A stretch of 64,000 nt of DNA, from the NCBI RefSeq assembly GCF_044704955.1, contig NC_091984.1, positions 145,762,001 through 145,826,000 on the forward strand, in the 5' to 3' direction. The translations under genes were made by a program, and so were the position numbers. Position 1 is the stretch's first letter. Each line of letters starts with the position of its first letter. This document shows positions 35,338 to 47,824 of the stretch, piece after piece. A model generated the notes under the pieces. It was not told where the DNA came from. It searched no databases and saw only the letters and a list, made by a program, of their open reading frames with translations. This DNA comes from Pristiophorus japonicus. Lineage: Eukaryota.

Positions 35338-37888
35338 TGGGAGGGCATCAAACAGGAAATTAGGGGTGCATGCAATAAAGGTGCAGCAATTATCACGGGT
35401 GACTTTAATATGCACATAGATTGGGCTGAACAAACTGGAAGCAAAACGGTGGAGGAGGATTTCCTGGAGTGCATAAGGGATGGTTTTCGAGACCAATATG
35501 TTAAGGAACCAACTAGGGGGGAGGCCATCTTAGACTGGGTGTTGTGTCATGAGAGAGGATTAATTAGCAATCTCGTTGTGCGAGGCCCCTTGGGGAAGAG
35601 TGACCATAATTTGGAGGAATTCTACATTAGGATGGAGAAAGAAACAGTTAATTCAGAGACCATGGTCCAGAACTTAAAGAAGGGTAACTTTGAAGGTATG
35701 AGGCGTGAATTGGCTAAGATAGATTGGCGAATGATACTTAATGGGTTGACAGTGGATGGGCAATGGCAGACATTTAGAGACTGCATGGATGAACTATAGC
35801 AATTATACATCCCTGTCTGGTGTAAAAATAAAAAAGGGAAGGTGGCTCAACCGTGGCTATCAAGGGAAATCAGGGATAGTATTAAAGCCAAAGAAGAGGC
35901 ATACAAATTGGCCAGAAATAGCAGCGAACCTAGAGACTGGGAGAAATTTAGAACTCAGCAGAGGAGTACATAGGGTTTGATTAGGGCAGGGAAAATGGAG
36001 TACGAGAGGAAGCATGCAGGGAACATTAAGACGGATTGCAAAAGCTTCCATTGATATGTAAAGAGAAAAAGGTTAGTCAAGACAAACGTAAGTTCCCTGC
36101 AGTCAGAATCAGGGGACGTCATAATGGGGAACAAAGAAATGGCAGACAAATTGAACAAGTACTTTGGTTCGTTAATCACTAAGGCGGACACAAACAACCT
36201 TCCGGATATAAAAGGGGTCAGAGGGTCTAGTAAGAAGGAGGAACTGAGGGAAATCCTTATTAGTCGGGAAATTGTGTTGGGGAAATTGATGGGATTGAAG
36301 GCCGATAAATCACCAGGGCCTGTTGGTCTGCATCCCAGGGTACTTAAGGAGGTGGCCTTGGAAATAGCAGATGCATTGACAGTCATTTTCCAACATTCCA
36401 TAGAGTCTGAATCAGTTCCTATGGAGTGGAGGGTAGCCAATGCAAACCCACTTTTTAAAAAAGAAGGGAATTAGAAAACAGGGAATTATAGATCGGTCAG
36501 CCTGGTATCGGTAGTGGGTAAAATGATGGAATCAATTCTTAAGGATGTCATAGCAGCACATTTAGAAAGAGGTGACATGATAGGTCCAAGTCAACATGGA
36601 TTTGTGAAAGGGAAATCATGCTTGACAAAACTTCTGGAATTTTTTTTAGGATGTTTCCAGTAGAGTGGACAAGGAAGAACCAGTTGATGTGGTGTATTTG
36701 GACTTTCAGAAGGCTTTCGACAAGGTCCCAAACAAGAGATTAATGTGCAAAGTTAAAGCACATGGGATTGGGGGTAGTGTGCTGACGTGGATTGAGAACT
36801 GGTTGGCAGACAGGAAGTAAAGGTTAGGAGTAAATGGGTACTTTTCAGAATGGCAGGCAGTGACTAGTGGGGTACCGCAAGGTTCTGTGCTGGGGCCCCA
36901 GCTGGTTACATTGTACATTAATGATTTAGACGAGGGGATTAAATGTAGTATCTCCAAATTTGCAGATGACACTAAGTTGGGTGGCAGTGTGAGCTGCGAG
37001 GAGGATGCTATGAGGCTGCAGAGTGACTTGGATAGGTTTGGTGAATGGGCAAATGCATGGCAGATGAAGTATAATGTGGATAAATGTGAGGTTATCCACT
37101 TTGGTGGTAAAAACAGAGAGACAGCCTATTATCTGAATGGTGACAGATTAGGAAAAGGGGAGGTGCAACGAGACCTGGGTGTCATGGTATGTCAGTCATT
37201 GAAGATTGGCATGCAGGTACAGCAGGCGGTTAAGAAAGCAAATGACATGTTGGCCTTCATAGAGAGGGGATTTGAGTACAGGGCAGGGAGGTGTACTACA
37301 GTTGTGCAGGGCCTTGGTGAGGCCACACCTGGAGTATTGTGTACAGTTTTGGTCTCCTGACCTGAGGAAGGACATTGTTGCTATTGAGGGAGTGCAGCGA
37401 AGGTTCACCAGACTGATTCCCGGGATGGCGGGACTGACATATCAAGAAAAACTGGATCAACTGGGCTTGTATTCACTGGAGTTCAGAAGAATGAGAGGGA
37501 ATCTCATTGACACGTTTAAAATTCTGACGGGTTTAGACAGGTTAGATGCAGGAAGAATGTTCCCAATGTTGGGGAAGTCCAGAACCAGGGGTCACAGTCT
37601 AAGGATAAGGGGTAAGCCATTTAGGACCGAGATGAGGAGAAACTTCTTCACCCAGAGAGTGGCGAAGCTGTGGAATTCTCTATCACAGAAAGTTGTTGAG
37701 GCCAATTCACTAAATATATTCAAAAAGGAGTTAGATGTAGTCCTTACTACTAGGGGGAATCAAGGGGTATGGCGAGAAAGCAGGAATGGGGTACTGAAGT
37801 TGCATGTTCAGCCATGAACTCATTGAATGGCGGTGCAGGCTCGAAGGGCCGAATGGCCTACTCCTGCACCTATTTTCTATGTTTCTAT
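35338..37888 (+). mobile_element. 5'-truncated CR1 of the same young subfamily as 7205 and 48624, in the J-C intron
   Basis: Near-identical ORF2 peptides and 3' tail. Confidence 0.95.
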
Positions 37889-38082
37889 GAACCAACCGAG
37901 AGGCAACCGACGCAACATCGAGGAGTAAAACCGAACCGACCAACAGCGTAAAACCCACCCCAGAGGGACCCCGACCTGAAATAATTGCCCCCAGAACCCC
38001 GGAGTTGATAGGATTGTGAGTGTAGCCCAAACCCCCTCACAGACACAATTTAGGACAGGAATTGGTAAGAAGGTAAAAAAGG

Positions 38083-39386
38083 ATGCAGCATGTATTCATG
38101 AAGGGGAAATCATGTTTGACTAACTTACTGGAATTCTTTGAGGATATAACGAGCATGGTGGATAGAGGTGTACCGATGGATGTGGTGTATTTAGATTTCC
38201 AAAAGGCATTCGATAAGGTGCCACACAAAAGGTTACTGCTGAAGATAAAGGTACGCGGAGTCAGTGGAAATGTATTGGCATGGATCGAGAATTGGCTGGC
38301 TAACAGAAAGCAGAGAGTCGGGATAAATAGGTCCTTTTCCGGTTAGAAATCGGTGGTTAGTGGTGTGCCACAGGGATCGGTGCTGGGACTGTTTACAATA
38401 TTCATAGATGACCTCGAAGAGGGGACAGAGTGTAGTGCAACAACATTTTCAGATGACACTAAGATTAGTGGGAAAGCGGGTTGTGTAGAAGACTCAGAGA
38501 AGCTGCAAGGAGATTTGGATAGGTTAAGCGAATGGGCTAAGGTTTGGCAGATGGAATACAATGTCGGAAAGTGTGAGGTCATCCACCTTGGGAAAAAAAA
38601 CAGTAAAAGGGAATATTATTTGAATGGGGAGAAATTACAACATGCTGCGGTGCAGAGGGACCTGGGGGTCCTTGTGCATGAATCCCAAAAGGTTAGTTTG
38701 CAGGTGCAGCAGGTCATCAGGAAGGCAAATAGAATGTTGGCCTTCATTGCGAGAGGGATGGAGTACAAAAGCAGGGAGGTCTTGCTGCAACTGTATAAGG
38801 TATTGGTAAGGCTGCACCTGGAGTACTGCGTGCAGTTTTGGTCACCTTACTTAAGGAAGGATATACTAGCTTTGGAAGGGGTACAGAGACGATTCACTAG
38901 GCTGATTCCAGAAATGAGGGGATTACCTTATGATGATAGATTGAGTAGACTGGGTCTTTACTCCTTGGAGTTCAGAAGGATAAGGGGGGATCTTATAGAA
39001 ACAGTTAAAATCATGAAAGGGATAGACAAGATAGAGGCAGAGAGGTTGTTTCCATTGGTAGGGGAGACTAGAACTAGGGGGCACAGCCTCAAAATACGGA
39101 GGAGCCAATTTAAAACTGAGTTGAGAAAGAATTTCTTCTCCCAGAGGGTTGTGAATCTGTGGAATTCTCTGCCCAAGGAAGCAGTTGAGGCTAGCTCATT
39201 GAATGTTTTCAAGTCAAAGATAGATAGATTTTTAACCAATAAGGGAATTAAGGGTTACGGGGAGAGGGCGGGTAAGTGGAGCTGAGTCCACGACCAGATC
39301 AGCCATGATCTTATTGAATGGCGGAGCAGGCTCGAGGGGCTAGATGGCCTACTCCTGTTCCTAATTTTTATGTTCTTATGTTCTTA
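38083..39386 (+). mobile_element. 5'-truncated CR1 (HER1-like tail), in the J-C intron
   Basis: 310-aa RT C-terminal ORF at 38353; tail atcagccatgatcttattgaatggcggagcaggctcg...(tatgttct)n. Confidence 0.95.
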
Positions 39387-40407
39387 AGGGTGGAAGTGGG
39401 AGGTGGGTTTGTGTGTGGATGGAATGTTTCAACCTCTTATCTTCCCCTTCCCTGTTGCGAGAATTTTTCATGTTGTTGAGTGAGATTGTGCCATTACTGC
39501 TATATACGACCTCTTCCTATGCCCTCTATCTTTGTGTTTACTATTGTAAATAAACAACATTAGCCATTTTGTACTCTTAGCCACTGTGTCTGGTGCCTCA
39601 TTACTCACCCATCCTCATAAATCGCACATACAGAACCTCAGGGGAGTGGGGATTCGAACCCACACCCCAAGCTCCCTTTACACCTGCATTTATATAGCGC
39701 CTTTGACACCTGAGGATGTCCCAAAGTGCTTCACAGCCAATGAAGTACATTTTTGAAGTGCAGTCACTGTTGTAATGTGGGAAACACGGCAACCAATTTG
39801 TGCACAGCAAGCTCCCACACACAGCAATGAGGTAATTGAGATTTTTAAGCGATGTAGGTTGAGGGATAAATATCGGCCTGAACTCGAGCCACAGAAACAG
39901 CAACTGAGAGTCTCCCCACAACCCTGGAGCACTGCAGCTGCCGGATTGCGAGCTCTGCTGCCCCTGTTTGTGATCAGAAGTTGGACAGGAGGTGAGCGGG
40001 GGCTGGACAGATCAGAGTTGGAGCTGGGGGAGGTGGGACCTCGGGAGTGTCAGTGTGCTGAGGCTGAGCTCAGTTATATCAGAGACTGTGACAGGAGCAC
40101 AGACTGCCCCCAGCGAGCTCACTCACTCACACCCACACTCTGCCCGTGTCTCACACACCGTGTCTGTCACACTGAGACAGGCAGGAGGCTCGGGAGCGAT
40201 TTCCGGGGATGGTGCAGGGATGGGACCGCAGTGTGCCAACGTCCAGATCTCCTCCACACGGTGGGTAACAGTTCGTTACTTATACTTTACTGGGTGAAGG
40301 GGGAGTGTGGGTAAAGGAATACAGCCGGGCTCCCTGTCATACACAGCACTCTTCAATTAACCCTTTCATTCACCGCAGCTCCCCACCATATTATATAACC
40401 CATACAC

Positions 40408-40825
40408 AGGCACTGGATAGGGTGCAGAGAAGGTTTACAAGGATGGGACCAGAAGTGCGAGGGTTTACATATCAGGAAAGGATGAACAGGCTGGGGCTCT
40501 TTTCTCTTGAGGCTGAGGGGGTGACCTGATAGAGGTCTTTAACATTAGGAAAGGTTTTGATAGAGTGGATACAGAGAGAGTGTTTCCACTTGTGGGGAAG
40601 AGCAGAACTAGAGGCCATCAATATAAGATAGTCAGCAAGAAATCCAATCGGGAATTCAGGAGAAAATTCTTTACCCAGCGAGTGGTGAGAATGTGGAACT
40701 GGCTACCACAGGGAGTGATTGAAGTGAATAGTATCGATGTATTTAAGGGGAGGCTAGAGAGGGATATGAGGGAGAAGGGAATAGAGGGTTATGCTGATAG
40801 ATTTAGATGAGGAAAGACGGGAGGA
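40408..40825 (+). mobile_element. CR1 3' fragment
   Basis: ALDRVQRRFTRM and FFTQRVVRMWN. Confidence 0.85.
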
Positions 40826-40931
40826 TCGAGTGTAATCATATGTAAACTAACACCTTCGCATATTCAGCATTTGTGTCTTGGAAAGATTCAGTATTTAAAG
40901 TGTTAATAACGGAGGATTGGGGTTTACTTAC

Positions 40932-40966
40932 TCAGTCTGAGCTTGGTTCCTTTACCAAACGTGAGC
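40932..40966 (-). CDS. IGKJ: Ig kappa-type J segment LTFGKGTKLRL
   Basis: FGxG motif and a phase-1 donor A/gtaagt that matches the phase of the C acceptor. Confidence 0.95.
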
Positions 40967-41005
40967 CACAGTGACAGCTTCCAGTGCAGCGGCTGTACAA
41001 TATCC
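40967..41005 (-). promoter_or_regulatory. J-associated 23-RSS
   Basis: CACAGTG (40967-40973), 23-bp spacer, ACAATATCC (40997-41005; 2 mismatches to ACAAAAACC). Confidence 0.9.
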
Positions 41006-41019
41006 TCCGTCCCTGGCTC

Positions 41020-41288
41020 ACTCAGTCTCTCTCCCCCTCTCTCTGTCTGTGTGTGTGTGTCTGTGTCTTTCTCAGCGTCTCACTCTCCCTCATTTTTCTC
41101 TCTCTTTCTCACTCTCTCTCTCTCATACATTCTGTTTCTCTCTGACTACCTCTCACTCTTTCCCCTCTCCCACTCCCCCTTCACCTCCCTCCCTCACTCA
41201 CTTCTCCTCCATCTCCCTCACTCCATCCCTCACTCACTCACTCTCTCTCTTTCCCTGTCCCTCACTCCCTCCCTCCCTCTCTCTCTGT
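41020..41288 (+). repeat. CT-rich microsatellite / polypyrimidine tract
   Basis: Seen directly. Confidence 0.9.
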
Positions 41289-41569
41289 GACGAGTTTCCT
41301 GTGGCAGTACCCGGGAGAGTTGGGGATCCGACGTGTTTGGGACAAATCTCCCAGCTGCCCTTCCCGCCCCATCAGACGGTAACCCTGGGGCCACAGAATT
41401 GCTGGAGAATGAAAGTCCCCATCACACAGGGCTCACCTCTTTGTGCCCCTTGAACAACGGGCTCCGTCTATAAGTGAGATGTTTGTGTTGCTGACACAGG
41501 CCTTCCTTGGGGATAATTATAAAATAACAAGTTTCAGGGGCTTTAGAAATCTGTTTCCTCATTCCGTGA

Positions 41570-42125
41570 ATCGTGTGTACGTGGAGTGTGAGAGGATGCA
41601 GCCCCTCTTCCACTATTTGAAGGGGCTGCTCCTCGATTTCTGGCTCCACTTCAGTCCCACATTCCTGGGCCTGGTCACCCGGTGCGGGGAGAGCGGGCAG
41701 GTCGGAGGGCCTCCCCGTGGGCCTGCTCCTGGGCCTGGTCACCCGGTGCGGGGGGAGTGGGCAGGTCGGAGGGCCTCCCCGTGGGCCTGCTCCTGGGCCT
41801 GGCCACCCGGTGCGGGGAGTGGGCAGGTCGGAGGGCCTCCCCGTGGGCCTGCTCCTGGGTCTGGCCAAGTTGGCCATGCACAGGTCCTAGTTGGACGGGG
41901 CCCATGGGGTGGCTGCACTGCCTGCCTGTCTCCCTTCGGGAGCTTTGACCGTATCCCAGTGACCCTGGGGATGGAGCTCAATGTAGGCCTGAGACCTTCT
42001 GCGACGGGTGGGCACCGTAGGGCCTGGAGTGTGGGGTGGGCAGGGAAAGAGCACGACCATTTCACATGTTCACTTCCCTTTCATGTTTATACTTTGGGTT
42101 TTATAAGTTGTGGCCCTCTCAATAG
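41570..42125 (+). mobile_element. Tx1/L1-clade LINE 3' fragment with an internal ~66-bp triplication, between V and J
   Basis: VYVECERMQPLFHYLKGLLLDFWLHFSPT, and GRSEGLPVGLLLGL repeated three times. Confidence 0.6.
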
Positions 42126-42344
42126 TGGGGGGTTTGTGAGATTATTTGGATTGAGGACACAGGGACCACCCAGTGTCTCCGTGCTGTCTGAATGTACAGA
42201 GTAGAGCTGTGAGATTGTCAGTGATGAAGACACAGCCCCAACTCCTCTCTGACCCACTCCATCCTTTCCCAATTCACTGCAGCTTCCAGCTGAATATTCC
42301 TGCTGTCACTCCCATCGAGCTGTGTGTCAGTCATGTGTAAAACC

Positions 42345-42489
42345 GTACAGGAGGTGGGGCTGTGTGTCCATTATTATATATTATATATAACTGTGGGGTG
42401 AGTCAGTACAGGAGGTGGGGCTGTGTGTCCATTATTATATATTATATATAACTGTGGGGTGAGTCAGTACAGGAGGTGGGGCTGTGTAT
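42345..42489 (+). repeat. 61-bp tandem repeat x2.4 abutting the V nonamer
   Basis: Units at 42345, 42406 and 42467. Confidence 0.9.
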
Positions 42490-42494
42490 ATTGA

Positions 42495-42522
42495 GGTTTT
42501 TGTACAGCTGTGTATCACAGTG
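42495..42522 (-). promoter_or_regulatory. V-associated 12-RSS
   Basis: CACTGTG, 12-bp spacer atacacagctgt, ACAAAAACC; V-12/J-23 is the kappa configuration. Confidence 0.95.
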
Positions 42523-42821
42523 TAGAGGGAAGCTGTTATATTGCTGACAGTAATAGACTGCGACATCCTCGCTTTGCACGTTGCTGATGCTCAGGGTGAA
42601 CATGTTGGACTGGTAACTGCCGGTGAAGCGATTGGAGGTTCCAGTGAAACGAGATGTTGCTGCATAGATCAGCAGAGTGGGTTTCTGCCCGGCTTTCTGC
42701 TGGTACCAAGCAACAGCATTGCTCACGGATGCACTGGCGGTACAGGTGATGGTTGCAGTCTGTCCCTCACTCACTGACAGCACCGGGGGAGACTGGGTCA
42801 TGATGATGTCCCCACTGATAC
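42523..42821 (-). CDS. IGKV: Ig kappa-type light-chain V exon, intact
   Basis: Acceptor tttccccctcag, then [27 protein letters not shown]...[15 protein letters not shown]...[16 protein letters not shown]; both Cys and the Trp are conserved. Confidence 0.97.
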
Positions 42822-43008
42822 CTGAGGGGGAAATGGGGAAAGAAAGTGAAGTAAGCACTGTCACAGAAAGACGCTGTAAAATAAGAGATTGCTCGAGACA
42901 CTGAGCTCTCCTCTAGTGTCAGCATTTGCCCTTCAATCACTGGTCAGTAGAGTTGGACAGAAATCGACAGCAGGGAGATATTAAACGTGGAAGGAGAGAG
43001 ATTGGTAC

Positions 43009-43057
43009 CTGCGATGCAGAATGCCAGAGGCCAGATCAGCTGGATGGATGAAATCAT
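43009..43057 (-). CDS. IGKV: Leader exon MISSIQLIWPLAFCIA(G)
   Basis: accATG, 16 codons plus 1 nt, gt donor, in phase with the V exon. Confidence 0.92.
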
Positions 43058-43116
43058 GGTGTCTGCTCCTGTCCCTGTGCCTGCTTACTGATAAACTGCC
43101 CTTCACTGGGCCCTGC

Positions 43117-43170
43117 TTTATAAACCTGCAGCCTGTGAGAGTCTCACTGCCCATCCCTCAGTATGTAAAT
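43117..43170 (-). promoter_or_regulatory. V promoter: TATA (tttataaa 43117-43124) and variant octamer ATTTACAT (43163-43170)
   Basis: Position and orientation fit an IgL promoter; the octamer is 7/8 to ATTTGCAT. Confidence 0.7.
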
Positions 43171-43822
43171 GTCTTCACCCAGAGAAAGCCACGTCAGCAC
43201 ATTTCACTTCCTCTTCTTCTCTCCCTCCCTCTTCACCTCCCTCTCTCTTCCTCTCTCTCTCCATTCCCCCTCTCTCTCTCCATCCCTCCCTCTCTCTCTC
43301 TCTCTCCATCCTACATCTTTCTCCCTCTCCCCCACAGACTCCCAGGTGCAGCACACTGAAATGCAGAGTAAACCTCCCTGTGCCCTACCCCACCAATGGA
43401 TGTTAACCCTTGACCCCAGAGGATGCCTTCTCCTGGAGTAAGGCGCCATTCCCCACAGTGGCCATCCCTTGGCCTCTCTCAGTACACTGGCTGTTTATTG
43501 ACCAATTAAGGGACGTTCTGTGCAGTGGGCCTATTTTCAGTGGGGACCGGTTTGGACAGAAAGTTCATTTCATGAAGGCCCAGCAGAGAGAGGACATCCT
43601 CACCCCATCAGTGTGAGCTGGAGCGACAGGATAGGGTCTGAGCCACTGCCCTATCCTGTCCGCTCAGAACATCTTCGAATCCCTTCCCCTCTCCTTTCCC
43701 TTCCATGGCCCTGCTCCAGGTCAGGGTGTTTTTACTGGGATCAGGTCCGACGATCCCACATTTACAACAGGAAGGGTCCGCACTCCACGTCGACCATGGA
43801 CTCCATGTCCCACTGGTCCTTC

Positions 43823-43981
43823 AATAGGGCTCAGGAAACATGGCTCCTTCCTATTGGTCCCCCAACAGGGACCAGGAAACATGGATCCTTCCTATTGGTC
43901 CTCCAATAGGGAATAGGAAAGATGGCTCCTTTCTATTGGACATCCAATAGGGCCCAGGAAACATGGCTCCTTCATATTGGA
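43823..43981 (+). repeat. ~41-bp quasi-palindromic tandem repeat x4 (ccaatagg..aggaaacatggctccttcctattgg)
   Basis: Seen directly. Confidence 0.8.
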
Positions 43982-44019
43982 TATATACTTGAAAAGGAAC
44001 AATTTGCTGGGTTATGGGG

Positions 44020-45647
44020 GCGAGGAACTTAACACAGTCACAATCACTAAGGAGGTGGTACTCAGTAAGATCATGGGACTAAAGGCGAATAAATCTCCTG
44101 GATCTGATGGCTTGCATCCCAGGGTCTTATGAGAACACACGGCAGTCTCAGTGGATTCATTGGTTGTAATTTACCAAAATTCCCTGTATTCTTGGGAGGT
44201 CCCAGCAGATTGTAAAACTGCAAATGTAACGCCCCTATTTACAAAAGGAGGCAGACAAAAAGCAGGAATCTATAGACCAATTAACCTAACATCTGTGGTT
44301 GGGAAAATGTTGGAGTCCATTATTAAAGAAGCAGTAGCAGGACATTTGGATAAGCATAATTCAGTCAGGCAGAGTAAGCATGGAATTATGAAGGGGAAGT
44401 CATGTTTGATAAATTTGCAGAATTCTTTGAGGATGCAATGAGCAGGGTGGATAAAGGGGAACCAGTGGATGTGGTGTATTTGGACCTCCAGAAGGCATTT
44501 GACAAAATGCCACGTAAGAGGTTACTGCACAAGATAAAAATTCACAGGGTTGGGGGTAATATGTTAGCATGGATAGACGATTGGCTAACTAACAGAAAAC
44601 AGAGAGTCTGCAAAAATGGTTCATTTTCGGGTTGGAAATCAGTAACTAGTGGGGTGCCGCAGGGATCAGTGCGGGGACCCCAACTATTTACAATATATAT
44701 TAACGACTTGGATGATAGAACCGAATATAATGTAGCCACGTTTTCTGACGATACAAAGATGGGAGGAAAAGCAATGTGTGAGGAGGACACAAAAAACATG
44801 CAAAAGGACGTAGGCAGGCGAAGTGAGTGGGCAAAAATTTGGCAGATGGTGTATAATGTTGGAAAGTATGAGATCATGCACTTTGGCAGAAAAAAAAATC
44901 AAAGAGCAAGTTATTATTTAAATGGAGAAAGATTGCAAAGTGCTGTGGTGCAGCGGGTACTTGTGCATGAAACACAAAATGTTAGTATGCAGATACAGTA
45001 AGTGATCAGGAAGGCCAATGGAATATTGGCCTTTATTGCAAAGGGGACGGAGTATAAAAGCAGGGAAGTCTTGCTACAGCTATACAGGGTATTGGTGTGG
45101 ACACACTAATTTTGGATTCCATATTTAAGAAAGGATATACTTGCTTTGGAGGCAGGTCAGAGAAGGTTCATTAGGTTGATTCAGGCGATGAGGCGGTTGA
45201 TTTATGAGGAAAGGTTGAGTAGGTTGGGCATCTGCTCATTCGAATTCGGAAGAATGAGAGGTGATCTTATCGAAATGTATCAGATTTTGAGGGGGCTTGA
45301 CAAAGTGGCTGCAGAGAGGATGTTTCCACTGAGGGGGAGAATTGAACTAGAGGGCATGATCTTAGAATAAGGGGACTCCCATTTAAAACAGATTAGAGGA
45401 ATTTCTTCTCTCTGAGGGTTGTAAATCTGTGGAATTGGCTGCCTCAGAGAGCTGTGGAAGCTGGGTCGTTGAATAAATTTAAGACAGAGATAGACAGTTT
45501 CTTAACCGACATGGGAATAAGGGGTTATGGGGAGCGGGGAGGGATGTGGAGCTGAATCCATGATCGTATCAGCCATGATCGTATTAAATAGCGGAGCAGG
45601 CTCGAGGGGCCATGAGGCCTACTCCTGCTCCTATTTCTTATGTTCTT
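44020..45647 (+). mobile_element. CR1 ORF2 3' half
   Basis: RT ORFs 44151, 44402 and 45146, plus the tail. Confidence 0.9.
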
Positions 45648-46110
45648 TAACTGGTGAGGAGTGGGACTAATTGGGTAATTCTTTGAAAGAGCCGGCAAAG
45701 GCACGATGGGCCGAATGGCCTCCTTCTGTGCTGTAAGATTCTCGGCTGTGAGCCCGGTTCACAGTTTTCTCCCGTGTCATTAACAAACGTACAGCTGTGA
45801 CAACCTCCCTCTTTCACTTCTTCTGTGGGTGAAGTTTCATTCTTCCGATCTGACAGTCTCTTCAGTTATTTTTTGCACGGGGGATTTCTGCTGTGGTCTG
45901 AGTCTCTAATAATAACTGTCCAATCAGGCAGAATAACAGCAGCTCGGACCGGCTAGGACAGCGGACCCAGACTCAGTGCTGACCCTGCAACGTCCTCCTC
46001 ACCAACATCTGGGGACTTGTGCCAAAAGTGGGAGAGCTGCCCCACAGACTAGTCAAGCACCAGCCTGACATTGTCCTACTCACAGAATCAGACCTTTCAG
46101 CCAATGTCCC
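45395..46110 (+). repeat. Inverted segmental duplicate, copy 1 (partner 58757-59480)
   Basis: CR1 tail, unique core 45745-45975 and an APE fragment are all mirrored. Confidence 0.85.
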
Positions 46111-47386
46111 AGACTCCTCCATCTCCCAAGGTGGCAGCTCAGTGGTATACAGTCGGGAGGGAGTGGCCCTGGGAGTCCTCAACATTGACTCCGGACCCCA
46201 TGAAGTCTCATGGCATCAGGTCAAACACGGGCAATGAAACCTCCTGCTGATTACCACCTCCCGCCCTCCCTCAGCTGATGAATCAGTACTCCTCCATGTT
46301 GACCACCATTTGGAAGAAGCACTGAGAGTAGCAAGGGCACAGAATGTACTCTGGGTGGGGGACTTCACTGTCCATCACCAAGAGTGTCTCGGTAGCACCA
46401 CTACTGACCGAGCTGGCCGAGAGGGGCGATGCTGACATTGCAATCCCAGGTACCGGAGGACTGGAGGACTGCAAACGTGGTACCTTTGTTTAAAAAGGGA
46501 GCAAGGGATAGATCAAGTCACTACAGGTCAGTCAGCCTAACCTCGGGGGATTGGAGGAATCTTCATTTAACAAAACACGGATTAATCAAGGACAATCAGC
46601 ATGGATTTGTTCAGGGAAGGTCGTGTCTGAATAACTTGATTGAATTTTTTGAGGAGAATCGATGAGGGTAGTGCGTATGATGCAGTGTATATGGATTTTA
46701 ACAAGGCTTTTGAGAAGGTCCCACATGGCAGACTGGTCACAAAAGTAATAGCCCATGGGATCCAGAGCAAAGTGACAAGTTGGATTCAAAATTGGTTCAG
46801 AGGCAGTTAGCAAAGGGTAATGGTTGATGGGTGTATTTCTTACTGGAAGGCTGCATCTAGTGTGGTTCCGCAGGACTCAGTACTGGGTCCCTTGCTTTTT
46901 ATTAAATGGCGGAGCAGGCTCGAGGGGCCAAATGACCTACTCCTGCTCCTATTTCTTATGTTCTTATAATAAATGCCGGCCTTGCCAGCAACGCCCACAT
47001 TCCATGAATTAATAAAAAACCCATGGGCTGACTGTTCAGGAGAATAGAACACACTTTCCTCTTTCACCCTCAACCATCATCCCTGAAACAGATTATCAGC
47101 TCATTATCACAGTGCTGTTTGTGGGAACTTGCTGTGCACAAATTGGCTGCCACGTTTCCTACATTACAACAGTGACTACATTTCAAAAAGTACTTCATTG
47201 GCTGTAAAGTGCTTTGTCATCCTGAGGATGTGAAAGGCGCTATTTTAATGCAAGTCTGTCTCTTTCTTTCTTTCACCCAACCGTAATTTCCAAGGTCAAG
47301 GGGGAGCGAGCTGAACTCTCCCTGGTTTTATTTTTCTTCAAAATATCAAATAACTGGAATGATAAAAGGTCTTTTACCCATTAGCT

Positions 47387-47820
47387 CATTTAATCCCCTC
47401 CCACACACCATGTACACCCCACCCTATCATGGACTCTACCACCCATTTAATCCCCTCCCACACACCATGTACACCCCACCCTATCATGGACTCTACCACC
47501 CATTTAATCCCCTCCCACACACCATGTACACCCCACCCTATCATGGACTCTACCACCCATTTAATCTCCTCCCACACACCATGTACACCCCACCCTATCA
47601 TGGACCCTACCACCCATTTAATCTCCTCCCACACACACCATGTACACCCCACCCTATCATGGACTCTACCACCCATTTAATCTCCTCCCACACACCATGT
47701 ACACCCCACCCTATCATGGACCCTACCACCCATTTAATCTCCTCCCACACACACCATGTACTCCCACCCTATCATGGACCCTACCACCCATTTAATCTCC
47801 TCCCACACACAGCATGTACA
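47387..47820 (+). repeat. 57-bp minisatellite (continues at 48560-48623 and ~52918)
   Basis: catttaatcccctcccacacaccatgtacaccccaccctatcatggactctaccacc. Confidence 0.9.
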
Positions 47821-47824
47821 CTCT

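Noticed and set aside
39638-39672. tRNA gene
   Set aside because: Only a T-arm/B-box-like piece; no cloverleaf
40256-40290. Extra RSS or second J (cacggtg)
   Set aside because: No nonamer at 12 or 23 bp and no adjacent FGxG
40932-42821. Germline-joined VJ gene
   Set aside because: V and J are 1.56 kb apart and both RSSs are present
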